NCBI GenBank assembly: GCA_041677865.1
Contig: JBAYPE010000004.1
Span: 5,203-69,202 of the forward strand
Length of the DNA stretch: 64,000 nt
Reading direction: 5' to 3'
DNA from: Flavobacteriaceae bacterium
Lineage (GTDB): Bacteria > Bacteroidota > Bacteroidia > Flavobacteriales > Flavobacteriaceae
Under the pieces are notes generated by a model that did no database searches, had not been told where the DNA came from, and saw nothing but the letters and a program-made list of their open reading frames with translations. The translations under genes were made by a program, and so were the position numbers. The stretch's first letter is position 1. Each line of letters opens with the position of its first letter. Positions 28,436 through 37,958 of the stretch are shown here, piece by piece.

Positions 28436-29155
28436 TTAAATTTTCATCGGAACTTCCATCAGTAAAATTTCTGTTTCGGGCTCTAAAATTGTTATTTTAA
28501 GCGAATTAACATTCCATATTCCCATTCCGTCTCGGGTGTCAAGATTTTGTTCTTCAATATTGGCTTTTCCTTTAATAATGAAAGCATAAACTCCGTTTTG
28601 ATTGTCGTTTAGATTATATTCAGCAGTCATTTCTTGGTCAAATTTTCCGAGATTGAACCAGGCGTTTTGATGAATCCACATTCCTTTATCGTCTTGATTT
28701 GGAGATACAATTTGTTGAAATTTATTCTTTTTATCTTCCGGGTTTAATGTAATCTGGTCATAACGTGGTGCTACATTTCGTTTGTTCGAGAAAACCCAAA
28801 TTTGTAAGAGTTTTACTTCTTTGTCTTGATTTTTGTTGTATTCACTGTGAAATACTCCTGTCCCTGCACTCATTACCTGAATATCACCTTGCCTGATAAC
28901 ACCTACATTTCCCATACTGTCTTTGTGTTCTAAATCGCCTTCGAGCGGAATAGTAATGATTTCCATGTTATCGTGAGGATGCATTCCAAATCCTTTTCCT
29001 CCCTCAATTGTATCGTCATTTAGAACCCTCAACGCTCCGAAATGAATTCTTTCCGGATTGTGATAATTGGCAAAACTGAAGGTGTGATAGGCTTTTAACC
29101 AGCCGTGGTTTGCGTGTCCTCTTGTGTCTGCTTTGTGTACTACTGTATTTTTCAT
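28436..29155 (-). CDS. Pirin-family cupin protein
   Basis: 239 aa. GFGMHPHDNMEIITIPLEG metal-binding cupin motif. Confidence 0.88.
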   Translation of the reverse strand: MKNTVVHKADTRGHANHGWLKAYHTFSFANYHNPERIHFGALRVLNDDTIEGGKGFGMHPHDNMEIITIPLEGDLEHKDSMGNVGVIRQGDIQVMSAGTGVFHSEYNKNQDKEVKLLQIWVFSNKRNVAPRYDQITLNPEDKKNKFQQIVSPNQDDKGMWIHQNAWFNLGKFDQEMTAEYNLNDNQNGVYAFIIKGKANIEEQNLDTRDGMGIWNVNSLKITILEPETEILLMEVPMKI

Positions 29156-29471
29156 AACTTTGTTTTTTTGTAATTATACGGATTTAAAATTTATTACAAA
29201 GGTACTTACCGAAAACAAAATGACCATTGATGTATGATAAGAAAAGGGCAAAATTCGGCTTGTTGCAAATACCGATTTGATTGTTTTGACAAAAGCTTTT
29301 TATTTGAAATTTAGATGAGATAATTATCGTGAGAAATAATCTTTGTTTTTTGTATTTATAGCATTTCTCGAAGTTTACTTCGTCAGTTTGTTTTACCTTT
29401 GCCGTTCAGAAATAATTGAAAATTCTGAGCTTAAATATTAAACCATTTTTAACGAATCGTTGTTATTTAGA

Positions 29472-30011
29472 ATGCAGCAAAAAGAAATAGTTCTTCTTAT
29501 TGGAGGTCCCGGAACGGGAAAATCAACCCTTGTAAATATTTTATCCAAAAGAGGATATGTGTGCTATCCTGAAATTTCAAGACAGGTTATTCTTGAAGCA
29601 CAAAGACAAGGAATCGACCAATTGTTTTTAGAGCAACCTCTTTTATTCAGTCAAAAATTATTAGAAGGTAGAATTAATCAGTACAAGAGTGCACTTAATG
29701 AAAACGAAAATATTGTTTTTATAGACCGAGGAATTCCCGATGTTTTGGCATATATGCATTATATCGGAGATACGGATTATCCGGATAATTTTGACACAGC
29801 CTGCAAAGAACATAAATATACTAAACTATTTATTCTTCCTATTTGGGACGAAATTTACAGTTCAGATAACGAACGATACGAAAACCTTGAACAAGCAAAA
29901 CAAATTCAGGAGTACCTGATTAAGACTTACGAAGATTTAGGATACCACCTTATCGAAGTGCCTAAAGATACTCCCGAGAAGAGAGCTGATTTTATTTTAA
30001 GCTTTTTTTGA
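29472..30011 (+). CDS. P-loop ATPase/kinase-like protein (AAA_28 / NadR-kinase-like)
   Basis: Walker A LLIGGPGTGKST. Size ~180 aa. I prefer the ATG at 29472 to the TTG at 29460. Confidence 0.7.
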   Translation: MQQKEIVLLIGGPGTGKSTLVNILSKRGYVCYPEISRQVILEAQRQGIDQLFLEQPLLFSQKLLEGRINQYKSALNENENIVFIDRGIPDVLAYMHYIGDTDYPDNFDTACKEHKYTKLFILPIWDEIYSSDNERYENLEQAKQIQEYLIKTYEDLGYHLIEVPKDTPEKRADFILSFF

Positions 30012-30045
30012 AAAAAAACACTATATTTGTAAAAACTGAATTCTT

Positions 30046-30240
30046 ATGAAATACTACAAATACTTCTACTGGGCTTATCTTATTTTGGGGTTGTTATTCA
30101 TCTATGACGGATATAAAAAACTAAATGGGGAAGAAGGAAATCCCTATATTAGTTTTGCTATTGCCGGATTGGCAATATTTATGTTTTTCTTCCGCAGAAA
30201 TTTTGCCAAAAAAATGGAAGAAAGAATGAAAAACAAGTAA
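30046..30240 (+). CDS. Small two-TM membrane protein, unknown function
   Basis: 64 aa with two hydrophobic helices. A TATATTTG -7 box lies at 30022-30029. Confidence 0.5.
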   Translation: MKYYKYFYWAYLILGLLFIYDGYKKLNGEEGNPYISFAIAGLAIFMFFFRRNFAKKMEERMKNK

Positions 30241-30283
30241 CCCCGAAAACCAGCTTTCAAGCATTTAGCTTAATACTATAAAT

Positions 30284-31480
30284 CTAAAGAATCAGATTTC
30301 TTGTTAAATCTTCAAAGGTTTCCCGTTTTCTGATTAGTTGTCCTTTACCGTCTTTCCATAGTACTTCAGCAGGTTTGTACCGCGAATTGTAATTAGAAGA
30401 CATCGAGAAGCAGTAAGCTCCTGCATTTTTAAAACAAAGAATATCTCCTTCGGTAATTTCGGAAATCATACGATTAGTTCCGAAGGTATCAGTCTCGCAG
30501 ATATATCCTACAACCGAATAAAAGCGTTGTCTGCCTTTCGGATTAGATATGTTTTCGATATGGTGATACGAACCGTAAAGCATCGGACGTATCAAGTGGT
30601 TAAAACCGGAGTCAATTCCCGCAAAAACAGTTGAGGTAGTTTGTTTTACCACATTTACTTTGGCAAGAAAATAACCTGCCTCGCTCACTAAGAATTTACC
30701 CGGTTCAAAAGCCAATGTCAGCGGTTTTCCGTATTCTTTTTGAAAATCGTTAAATCGTTTGGTCAGCTTTTTTCCGAGTTCTTCAACATTTGTTTCTATA
30801 TCGTCTTTTTTATAAGGTACTTTAAACCCACTTCCGAAATCTATAAATTCTAGCTCTTTGAAATTTTTGGCGGTTTCAAACAATATTTCGGCAGCATACA
30901 GAAATACATCAATATCCAGAATATCAGAGCCGGTGTGCATGTGGATTCCGTTGATGTGCATTTCTGTGTTTTCTACAATTCTGAGTAAGTGAGGAAGTTG
31001 ATGAATCGAAATACCAAATTTACTGTCGATATGTCCTACCGAGATATTAGCATTTCCTCCTGCCATTACGTGAGGGTTTATGCGAATACAAACCGGAATT
31101 TTCGGGTATTTTGTTCCAAATTGTTCTAAGATAGAAAGATTGTCAATGTTGATTTGTACTCCCATTTCTGCAACCATTTCGATTTCTTCTAACGAAACTC
31201 CGTTTGGTGTAAAGATGATGTCTTTCGGGTCAAAACCAGCCAAAAGCCCTAATTGCACTTCTTGTATAGAAACAGTATCTAAACCTGAACCCAGATTTTT
31301 GAACACCTTGAGTACAGAAACATTCGAGAGTGCCTTGACTGCATAATTGATTTTCAACTTTTCAACCTTAGAAAAGGCCTTTGTAAGGCGGTTGTATTGA
31401 AATTCAATTTTCTCCGCATCATATACATAGAGCGGACTTCCGAATTCTTCTGCAAGCTGCAGCAAATTTTGTGAGTTCAT
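30284..31480 (-). CDS. lysA: Diaminopimelate decarboxylase
   Basis: PLP-dependent fold-III decarboxylase (YAVKALSN, HMHTGS, EPGKFLV, GAYCFSMSSNYN). I prefer the ATG at 31480 (MNSQNLL...) to the TTG at 31495. Confidence 0.92.
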   Translation of the reverse strand: MNSQNLLQLAEEFGSPLYVYDAEKIEFQYNRLTKAFSKVEKLKINYAVKALSNVSVLKVFKNLGSGLDTVSIQEVQLGLLAGFDPKDIIFTPNGVSLEEIEMVAEMGVQINIDNLSILEQFGTKYPKIPVCIRINPHVMAGGNANISVGHIDSKFGISIHQLPHLLRIVENTEMHINGIHMHTGSDILDIDVFLYAAEILFETAKNFKELEFIDFGSGFKVPYKKDDIETNVEELGKKLTKRFNDFQKEYGKPLTLAFEPGKFLVSEAGYFLAKVNVVKQTTSTVFAGIDSGFNHLIRPMLYGSYHHIENISNPKGRQRFYSVVGYICETDTFGTNRMISEITEGDILCFKNAGAYCFSMSSNYNSRYKPAEVLWKDGKGQLIRKRETFEDLTRNLIL

Positions 31481-31703
31481 TTTTTTGTTAGTCAAATTAA
31501 TTTTTAGTGATTCATAATATACTCCATATCCTTAGTTTAAGGAATAAATACTATTTTTTTTAAAGTAATGGTGATTAAAAATTTCTACTTCAACATTTAT
31601 GAAGATCAATTATTTTCAATATTGAATCAGGAAGTTTATGCAAATTTGCCAACAAAAATAAAAATTAGAAAAGTTTATCACAAGAATAAAATATGTTTTT
31701 TTA

Positions 31704-32984
31704 CTATACTTCTCTGATACTTTTTGGATAACACAAGTAGTATTTCGAGACTTCTTCTGAAAGAGATTTCAGGTAGGATTTGTCTGAGGCAGAAATCAAA
31801 TCTTCTGTTTTGCCGTTTTTGTGTAAAATCAAAATAGGTTCAGAAGTTTTATCATACGCCTTGTTGCTTATTTTTCCTTTAAAAATAAAATACTTGCTTT
31901 CTTTGTCAGATATTTTTTCTTTTTTCGAGAGTAAGTTCTGAAGTTCTAAAATCCGTTCTTTTGGAAACTTTTCGGAGTTGATTTCGATTTTGAGCAAATC
32001 CCTATTGATGAGCATTTGACTTAAATGGCTCAAGACATAATCACTAGAGTTTTGCCATTCTTTTAAAGCAGAAACAACATCGTAATCGTCTAAATTTGAG
32101 AATTTTTCTAAAACCGTATCATCAAAGTTGCCTTGGTCAATTTTATTTTCCAAGAAAAATGAAAAAGCAGAACCACAAGATGGTGTTTGTCCATTCTCGG
32201 TAAGTTCTTTGGCTCTTTGAAGTGTTTTCGTAAGCATTTGCTCGGCTACAATACTGGTTTTGTGAAGGTAGGCTTGCCAGTACATCAGTCGTCTTGCCAC
32301 CAAAAATTTTTCAACCGAATAAATTCCTTTTTCATCAATTACCAAACGATCTTCAACCACATTAATCATCTGAATTAGCCTATCAGAATTAATGTTTCCT
32401 TCTGCTACTCCCGAATAAAAACTATCTCGTTTCAGATAATCCATTCTGTCCATATCAAACTGTCCGGAAATAAGCTGATGCAAAAATTTTCTATGGTATT
32501 TTTCTTTAAAGATTTCTATGGCCAAAGCCAATTTTCCGTTGAATTCTCGGTTAAGCTTATTCATAAATAAAATCGAAATGTCCTCGTGATGAATGTCCAC
32601 AATACTATGCTCCATAGCATGCGAAAAAGGCCCGTGCCCGATGTCGTGAAGCAAAATAGCAATATAAAGCGCTTGTTCTTCGTCTGTTGATATTTCGATG
32701 TTTTTTTGCTTGAGCGTCTCAACTGCTTTTTGCATCAGGTGCATACTGCCCAAAGCGTGATGAAATCGGGTGTGATGAGCTCCCGGATAAACCAAATAAG
32801 ATAATCCCATTTGAGAAATCCGCCTTAACCTCTGAAAATATCGATGCTGAACTAAATCATAAATAAGCTCACTCGGGATAGAAATGAATCCGTAAATCGG
32901 GTCGTTAAAAATTTTGAGTTTATTAGTTTTGCTCACTGTTTTTGGTTTGCTACAAAGATATAGAAATTGAAGAATGATATACAT
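31704..32984 (-). CDS. HD-domain phosphohydrolase (SAMHD1/dNTPase-like, COG1078 type)
   Basis: FNDPIYGFI, HTRFHHALGSMH, LLHDIGHGPFSH, FDMDRMDYLKRD. The exact start is uncertain. Confidence 0.85.
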   Translation of the reverse strand: MYIILQFLYLCSKPKTVSKTNKLKIFNDPIYGFISIPSELIYDLVQHRYFQRLRRISQMGLSYLVYPGAHHTRFHHALGSMHLMQKAVETLKQKNIEISTDEEQALYIAILLHDIGHGPFSHAMEHSIVDIHHEDISILFMNKLNREFNGKLALAIEIFKEKYHRKFLHQLISGQFDMDRMDYLKRDSFYSGVAEGNINSDRLIQMINVVEDRLVIDEKGIYSVEKFLVARRLMYWQAYLHKTSIVAEQMLTKTLQRAKELTENGQTPSCGSAFSFFLENKIDQGNFDDTVLEKFSNLDDYDVVSALKEWQNSSDYVLSHLSQMLINRDLLKIEINSEKFPKERILELQNLLSKKEKISDKESKYFIFKGKISNKAYDKTSEPILILHKNGKTEDLISASDKSYLKSLSEEVSKYYLCYPKSIREV

Positions 32985-33058
32985 AAAAATATGACTCGGT
33001 TTTCTGTTGTTTTTAACACTATAGACGTATGAAAAACTTTTAACACAAGTTTAGGTTT

Positions 33059-33095
33059 GTTTAGTTCGGTAGTTGCCGAACTAAACTTATTTTTG
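33059..33095 (+). promoter_or_regulatory. 11-bp perfect inverted repeat abutting a -7 box: candidate operator/promoter of the efflux operon
   Basis: GTTTAGTTCGG (33059-33069), 6-nt spacer, CCGAACTAAAC (33076-33086), then TAttTTTG at 33088-33095, 13 nt before the regulator ATG. Confidence 0.55.
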
Positions 33096-33108
33096 CACTC
33101 TATTTAAA

Positions 33109-33612
33109 ATGAATCTACCATTGAATACGGATTTAGAAAGAAAAGAGCTGACAGAAATGATGGGGATTCATCTTCAGAATCAACATACTATTTCGCCTCT
33201 TACAGGAAGAATTTGGGCTACGCTCATTATGGAAGGAAAAGGAGAGGGACTTACTTTTGATTATTTGGTAGAAAAACTTCAAGCAAGTAAAAGTAGTATC
33301 TCTGCCAGCTTGAATTTACTTGTAAAAACAGATAAAATTTATTACGTCAATATTGAAGGAGACCGAAAAAAATACTTTAGAACTTATCCTTTTAGCGAAC
33401 GCTTTGTAAGGCTGTTAAAAAATATGGAGTTCGAGAAAAAACTACTCGAAAAAGTAATCAAGTACAAAAGCAAAATCGCATGCTCAAACAAAGGCAACTG
33501 TGCTTTAGAAAACATTAAAGCCTATAAAGAACACCTTTATGAAATGGAAAAAATTACCAAACGTCTTTTGACTGATTTAAAGAAAATAGAAGAAGAAAAC
33601 CTTAATAAATAA
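33109..33612 (+). CDS. GbsR/MarR-type winged-helix transcriptional regulator
   Basis: 167 aa. SPLTGRIWATLIMEGKGEGLTFDYLVEKLQASKSSISASLNLLV wHTH. First gene of the efflux operon. Confidence 0.75.
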   Translation: MNLPLNTDLERKELTEMMGIHLQNQHTISPLTGRIWATLIMEGKGEGLTFDYLVEKLQASKSSISASLNLLVKTDKIYYVNIEGDRKKYFRTYPFSERFVRLLKNMEFEKKLLEKVIKYKSKIACSNKGNCALENIKAYKEHLYEMEKITKRLLTDLKKIEEENLNK

Positions 33613-33636
33613 TTAAACTATATACTTTTAATACGT

Positions 33637-34749
33637 ATGAGCAAATCAAATATCTGTATCGGATTATTAGCCTCGTTACTGCTTATTTCTTGCAATAAAG
33701 GAAATAACAACCAACCACAGCCGATTTCTGCACTTCCGTTTTCGGTAGTAGAAGTTCCAACAAAATCATTAATCGGATACGAAACTTATCCTGCAAATAT
33801 CGAAGGAACAAATAACAATGCAGTAAGAGCCAAGGTTTCCGGATATATCACAAAAGTTTTGGTCGATGAAGGACAAAAAGTCCGCAAAGGACAAGTTCTT
33901 TTTATCTTAGAAACTCAATCTATGAGCCAAGATGCTGAAGCCGCAAAAGCCAATGTAAATGCAGCTCAGGTTGAAGTAAACAGATTGATTCCACTGGTTG
34001 AAAAAAATATCATTAGCAGTGTGCAATTAGAAACAGCCAAAGCCAGATTAGCTCAAGCAAAAAGTGCGTACAGTTCGGTTGCGGCAACTATTGATTATGC
34101 CAATATCAGAAGCTCGATTGACGGATATGTAGGTTCTATAAACTTCAGAGAAGGAGCTTTAGTTAGCCCTACTGACTCTCAACCTTTGACTACTGTTTCT
34201 ACAACAGATGAAGTTTATGTTTTCTTTGCTCTTAACGAAAAAAATTACATTGATTTTTTAAGCAAAACCGAAGGAAAAACAAGAGAAGAAAAAATTAAAA
34301 ACTTCCCTTTAGTAGAACTTCAATTGGCTAATGGAAAAACTTATTCCGAAAAAGGAAAAATAGAAACTGTTACAGGTCAGGTCGATAAAACAACAGGAAC
34401 AGTGAGTTTCAGAGCTAAATTTAAAAACCCAAGTGGGATTTTAGCAAACGGAAATAGTGGTATGATTCGTATTCCGAAAGAATATAAAGATGTGATTGTC
34501 GTTCCCGAGGTGGCTACATTCGAGCAACAAGGAATCGATTATGTTTATGCCGTAAAAAACGATACGGCTTATGCTACAATTGTTAAAATAACAGATAAAA
34601 TCAACCGAATTGCTGTTATTGAATCAGGGGTTAGGCAAGGCGAAAAAGTAGTGGTTGAGGGAATTGTAAAACTGCGAAACAATACTCCGGTTACGCCACG
34701 AACCGTAAACTTCGACACTTTAGTTAATTCGCTAAAACCTGCACTCTAA
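33637..34749 (+). CDS. RND efflux periplasmic adaptor (membrane fusion protein), lipoprotein
   Basis: 370 aa. Lipobox LLLISC. Lipoyl/hairpin/beta-barrel layout (VSGYITKVLVDEGQKVRKGQVLF). Confidence 0.9.
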   Translation: MSKSNICIGLLASLLLISCNKGNNNQPQPISALPFSVVEVPTKSLIGYETYPANIEGTNNNAVRAKVSGYITKVLVDEGQKVRKGQVLFILETQSMSQDAEAAKANVNAAQVEVNRLIPLVEKNIISSVQLETAKARLAQAKSAYSSVAATIDYANIRSSIDGYVGSINFREGALVSPTDSQPLTTVSTTDEVYVFFALNEKNYIDFLSKTEGKTREEKIKNFPLVELQLANGKTYSEKGKIETVTGQVDKTTGTVSFRAKFKNPSGILANGNSGMIRIPKEYKDVIVVPEVATFEQQGIDYVYAVKNDTAYATIVKITDKINRIAVIESGVRQGEKVVVEGIVKLRNNTPVTPRTVNFDTLVNSLKPAL

Positions 34750-34762
34750 CACAATTTAGATT

Positions 34763-37700
34763 ATGTTAAGAACATTCATAGAAAGACCTGTACTATCAAC
34801 CGTTATTTCGATTATCATAGTTATTCTCGGTATTTTAGGAATTATTGCACTTCCCGTTACAGAGTATCCTGAAATTGCACCTCCTACGGTTCAAATTCAG
34901 GCAAACTACCCGGGAGCAAATGCTCAAACCGTTTTAGAAAGTGTTATTATTCCGCTCGAAGAGCAAGTAAACGGAGTAGAAGGAATGGATTACATTACTT
35001 CTACCGCTACCAATACCGGACAGGCAACTATTCAGGTAATTTTTAAACAAGGAATTGATCCGGATATTGCTGCTGTAAATGTGCAAAATAGGGTAGCTCG
35101 GGCTACACCACTATTACCTGCTGAGGTTACTCGCTCGGGAGTTGTTACTCAAAAACAACAAACCAGTGCTTTGATGTTCGTTTCCTTTTTTGCTCAAGAC
35201 GACAGATATGACCAAACATTTATTCAAAATTACCTGAATATAAATGTTGTACCTCAATTAAAAAGGGTGAACGGAGTAGGAGATGCCAGTTCTTTCGGGC
35301 TTCGTAATTACTCCATGCGTGTATGGTTAGACCCTATAAAAATGGCTAATTACGGATTAGTTCCCTCTGATGTTACGATAGCTATTAACGAACAGAGTTT
35401 AGAGGCTGCAGCAGGACAATTAGGTGAAAACAATGCAGAGGCTTTTCAGTATGTTATTCGTTATAGTGGAAAATACAGAACACAAGAGCAATATGAAGAT
35501 ATTGTAATCAAATCACTCGATAACGGACAGATTTTATATCTGAAGGATGTAGCTAAAATTGAAATGGGAGCTCAGGCTTATTCGGGAATTTCTCGCTATA
35601 ACGGAAGGCCTGCTGCAGCAATGGCTATTTACCAAACTCCAGGTTCAAATGCACAAGAGATTATTGAGGAATTAAAAATCGAATTAGAAGAAATTTCCAA
35701 AGGAATGCCTGACGGGTTAGAATACATTGTGATGTTTGACACCAACCAATTCCTTGAAGCGTCTATTTCTAAGGTAATTACAACCCTTATCGAAGCCTTT
35801 ATTCTGGTTTTCTTGGTAGTATTCCTTTTCTTACAAGATTTTCGTTCTACGCTTATTCCGCTTATTGCTGTTCCGGTTTCGATTATTGGTACATTTTTCT
35901 TTCTGAATTTATTCGGCTTTACCATCAATATGCTAACACTTTTTGCATTGGTACTCGCCATCGGAATTGTAGTAGATGATGCAATTGTTGTCGTCGAGGC
36001 CATTCACGCAAAAATGGCAAAAACCAAGCAAAGCGGAAAAGAAGCCTCTATAAGTACGATGAGTGAAATCTCAAGTGCTATTATCTCGATTACATTGGTA
36101 ATGGGAGCGGTGTTTATTCCGGTTACATTTATTTCTGGCCCTACGGGAGTTTTCTATAAACAGTTTGGTATTACCCTTATTGTTGCTATTGCTATTTCGG
36201 CTATAAACGCACTGACGCTAAGCCCAGCTTTATGTGCTTTACTGCTAAAACCCCACGAAGATTCTCATGGAAAGAAAAAGAATTTTGCCCAACGATTTTT
36301 TACTGTTTTCAATCATATCTTTGATGCGATGACTGCCCGATATGCCAGAAGTTTTAAATTCCTTTTAAAGCGAAGATGGATTACTTTTGTAATTCTGACT
36401 GTTTGCGGAATCTTTATTTATTTAGCTAATAAAACCATGCCAACCGGATTCGTCCCGAGCGAAGACAGAGGTTTTGTAATGGCTAATTTTGAACTCCCTC
36501 AAGGAGCAAGTGCAGACAGGGTAGTAAAATTTCAGGAAGAGTTCAGACAAAGAGCCATGCAAATTCCGGAGGTGGAAGGAATTACACTTGTATCTGGATT
36601 TAGTTTTATCAGCGGACAAGGTTCTAACTACGGAATGGGAATGCTTCGTCTGAAAAAATTTGAAGAACGAAAAGACGAAGACTCGTCTATTGATGCTGTT
36701 ATCGGAAAACTTTTTGGCATAGCAGCCCAAATGCCTGAATCAAAAAGTATTTTCTTCGCTCCTCCGAGTGTTCCCGGATACGGATTTTCATCAGGATTCG
36801 AAATGAAATTATTAGATAAGTCAGGAGGAAGTTTGGCAGAATTCAACGAAGTTGCCAATCAATACCTTGAACAATTATCGCAACGTCCGGAAATTCTCTA
36901 CGCTCAAACCTCGTTCAATACTTCGTATGCTCAATACGAAATCGAACTGAATGTTCCACGAGCTAAACAGTCTGGAGTTTCAGTAAGTGACATTTTCTCT
37001 GCACTTCAAGGATATATCGGAGGAATTTATGCAGCCGATTTCACCCGTTACGGAAAACAATTCCGAGTAATGATTCAGGCACTTCCCGAAGACCGATCTA
37101 CCGAAAACGACCTGGACAAAATCTTTGTACGAACAACCTCAGGACAGATGACACCTATTACACAGTTCATCAATCTGAAAAAAGTTTATGGTCCTCAGAC
37201 CGTAAACCGTTATAACTTGTTTACCTCTGCAAACATTTCAGGAGCAAACAGCCCCGGATACAGTACCGGAGATGCCATTAGAGCAGTTCAGGAGGTAGGC
37301 GAGCAAAATCTTTCTACAAGCTACGGAATTGACTTTACCGGACTTTCAAGAGAGGAGATTAATGCAAGTTCTCAAACCGCTATGATTTTCTTTTTGTGTC
37401 TGGTATTTATCTATTTTATTCTTGCTGCTCAATACGAAAGTTATTTATTGCCGTTGTCGGTAATTCTTTCGTTGCCGGGCGGAGTTATGGGAGCTTTTTG
37501 GGCACAAAAATTAGCCGGATTAGAAAACAACATTTATTTCCAGATTGCCTTAGTGATGCTGGTCGGGCTACTGGCCAAAAACGCCATTCTGATTGTAGAG
37601 TTTGCTATTCAAGGAAGGCGAAACGGTCAAAGTATTGCTCAATCTGCCATTAGCGGAGCCAAAGCACGTTTACGTCCGATTCTGATGACTTCATTTGCTT

Positions 37701-37885
37701 TTATTTTAGGATTAATGCCTTTAGTATTTGCAACCGGAGTAGGATATGTGGGTAACCGCTCTATAGCAACAGGAGCGGCTTTCGGATTGCTTATCGGAAC
37801 CATAATCGGAGTATTTAATATTCCCGTTCTATACGCTATCTTTCAATGGTTACAAGAAAAAGTAAAACCTACTAATAGAGATTAG
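34763..37885 (+). CDS. RND efflux permease (AcrB/HAE1 family)
   Basis: 1040 aa. 12-TM architecture. N-terminal FIERPVLSTVISIIIVILG, and GIVVDDAIVVVE. Confidence 0.95.
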   Translation: MLRTFIERPVLSTVISIIIVILGILGIIALPVTEYPEIAPPTVQIQANYPGANAQTVLESVIIPLEEQVNGVEGMDYITSTATNTGQATIQVIFKQGIDPDIAAVNVQNRVARATPLLPAEVTRSGVVTQKQQTSALMFVSFFAQDDRYDQTFIQNYLNINVVPQLKRVNGVGDASSFGLRNYSMRVWLDPIKMANYGLVPSDVTIAINEQSLEAAAGQLGENNAEAFQYVIRYSGKYRTQEQYEDIVIKSLDNGQILYLKDVAKIEMGAQAYSGISRYNGRPAAAMAIYQTPGSNAQEIIEELKIELEEISKGMPDGLEYIVMFDTNQFLEASISKVITTLIEAFILVFLVVFLFLQDFRSTLIPLIAVPVSIIGTFFFLNLFGFTINMLTLFALVLAIGIVVDDAIVVVEAIHAKMAKTKQSGKEASISTMSEISSAIISITLVMGAVFIPVTFISGPTGVFYKQFGITLIVAIAISAINALTLSPALCALLLKPHEDSHGKKKNFAQRFFTVFNHIFDAMTARYARSFKFLLKRRWITFVILTVCGIFIYLANKTMPTGFVPSEDRGFVMANFELPQGASADRVVKFQEEFRQRAMQIPEVEGITLVSGFSFISGQGSNYGMGMLRLKKFEERKDEDSSIDAVIGKLFGIAAQMPESKSIFFAPPSVPGYGFSSGFEMKLLDKSGGSLAEFNEVANQYLEQLSQRPEILYAQTSFNTSYAQYEIELNVPRAKQSGVSVSDIFSALQGYIGGIYAADFTRYGKQFRVMIQALPEDRSTENDLDKIFVRTTSGQMTPITQFINLKKVYGPQTVNRYNLFTSANISGANSPGYSTGDAIRAVQEVGEQNLSTSYGIDFTGLSREEINASSQTAMIFFLCLVFIYFILAAQYESYLLPLSVILSLPGGVMGAFWAQKLAGLENNIYFQIALVMLVGLLAKNAILIVEFAIQGRRNGQSIAQSAISGAKARLRPILMTSFAFILGLMPLVFATGVGYVGNRSIATGAAFGLLIGTIIGVFNIPVLYAIFQWLQEKVKPTNRD

Positions 37886-37911
37886 GATTTGGGAATTAGG
37901 ATTTAGGAATT
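37882..37911. repeat. Degenerate TTAGGA/GGGAATTAGGA repeat overlapping the RND stop codon
   Basis: TTAGGATTT GGGAATTAGGATTT AGGAATT. It shares the 11-mer GGGAATTAGGA with 16570-16597. Confidence 0.85.
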
Positions 37912-37958
37912 GCCCCGTCATCCACCGCCCAGCACCAACATAAACTTTAAAAAGAAAA

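Noticed and set aside
31481-31703. Lysine riboswitch (L-box) upstream of lysA.
   Set aside because: I read the minus-strand leader and found none of the G-rich conserved helices or junction sequences I associate with the L-box. The region is very AT-rich. A covariance-model scan would be decisive.
31704-32984. The HD-domain SAMHD1/dNTPase-like protein as an anti-phage dNTP-depletion defence gene.
   Set aside because: It is a single gene flanked by lysA and the efflux operon, with no neighbouring defence or mobile genes. This COG1078-type protein is, to my knowledge, broadly conserved in Bacteroidota. Nothing in the sequence points to a defence island.
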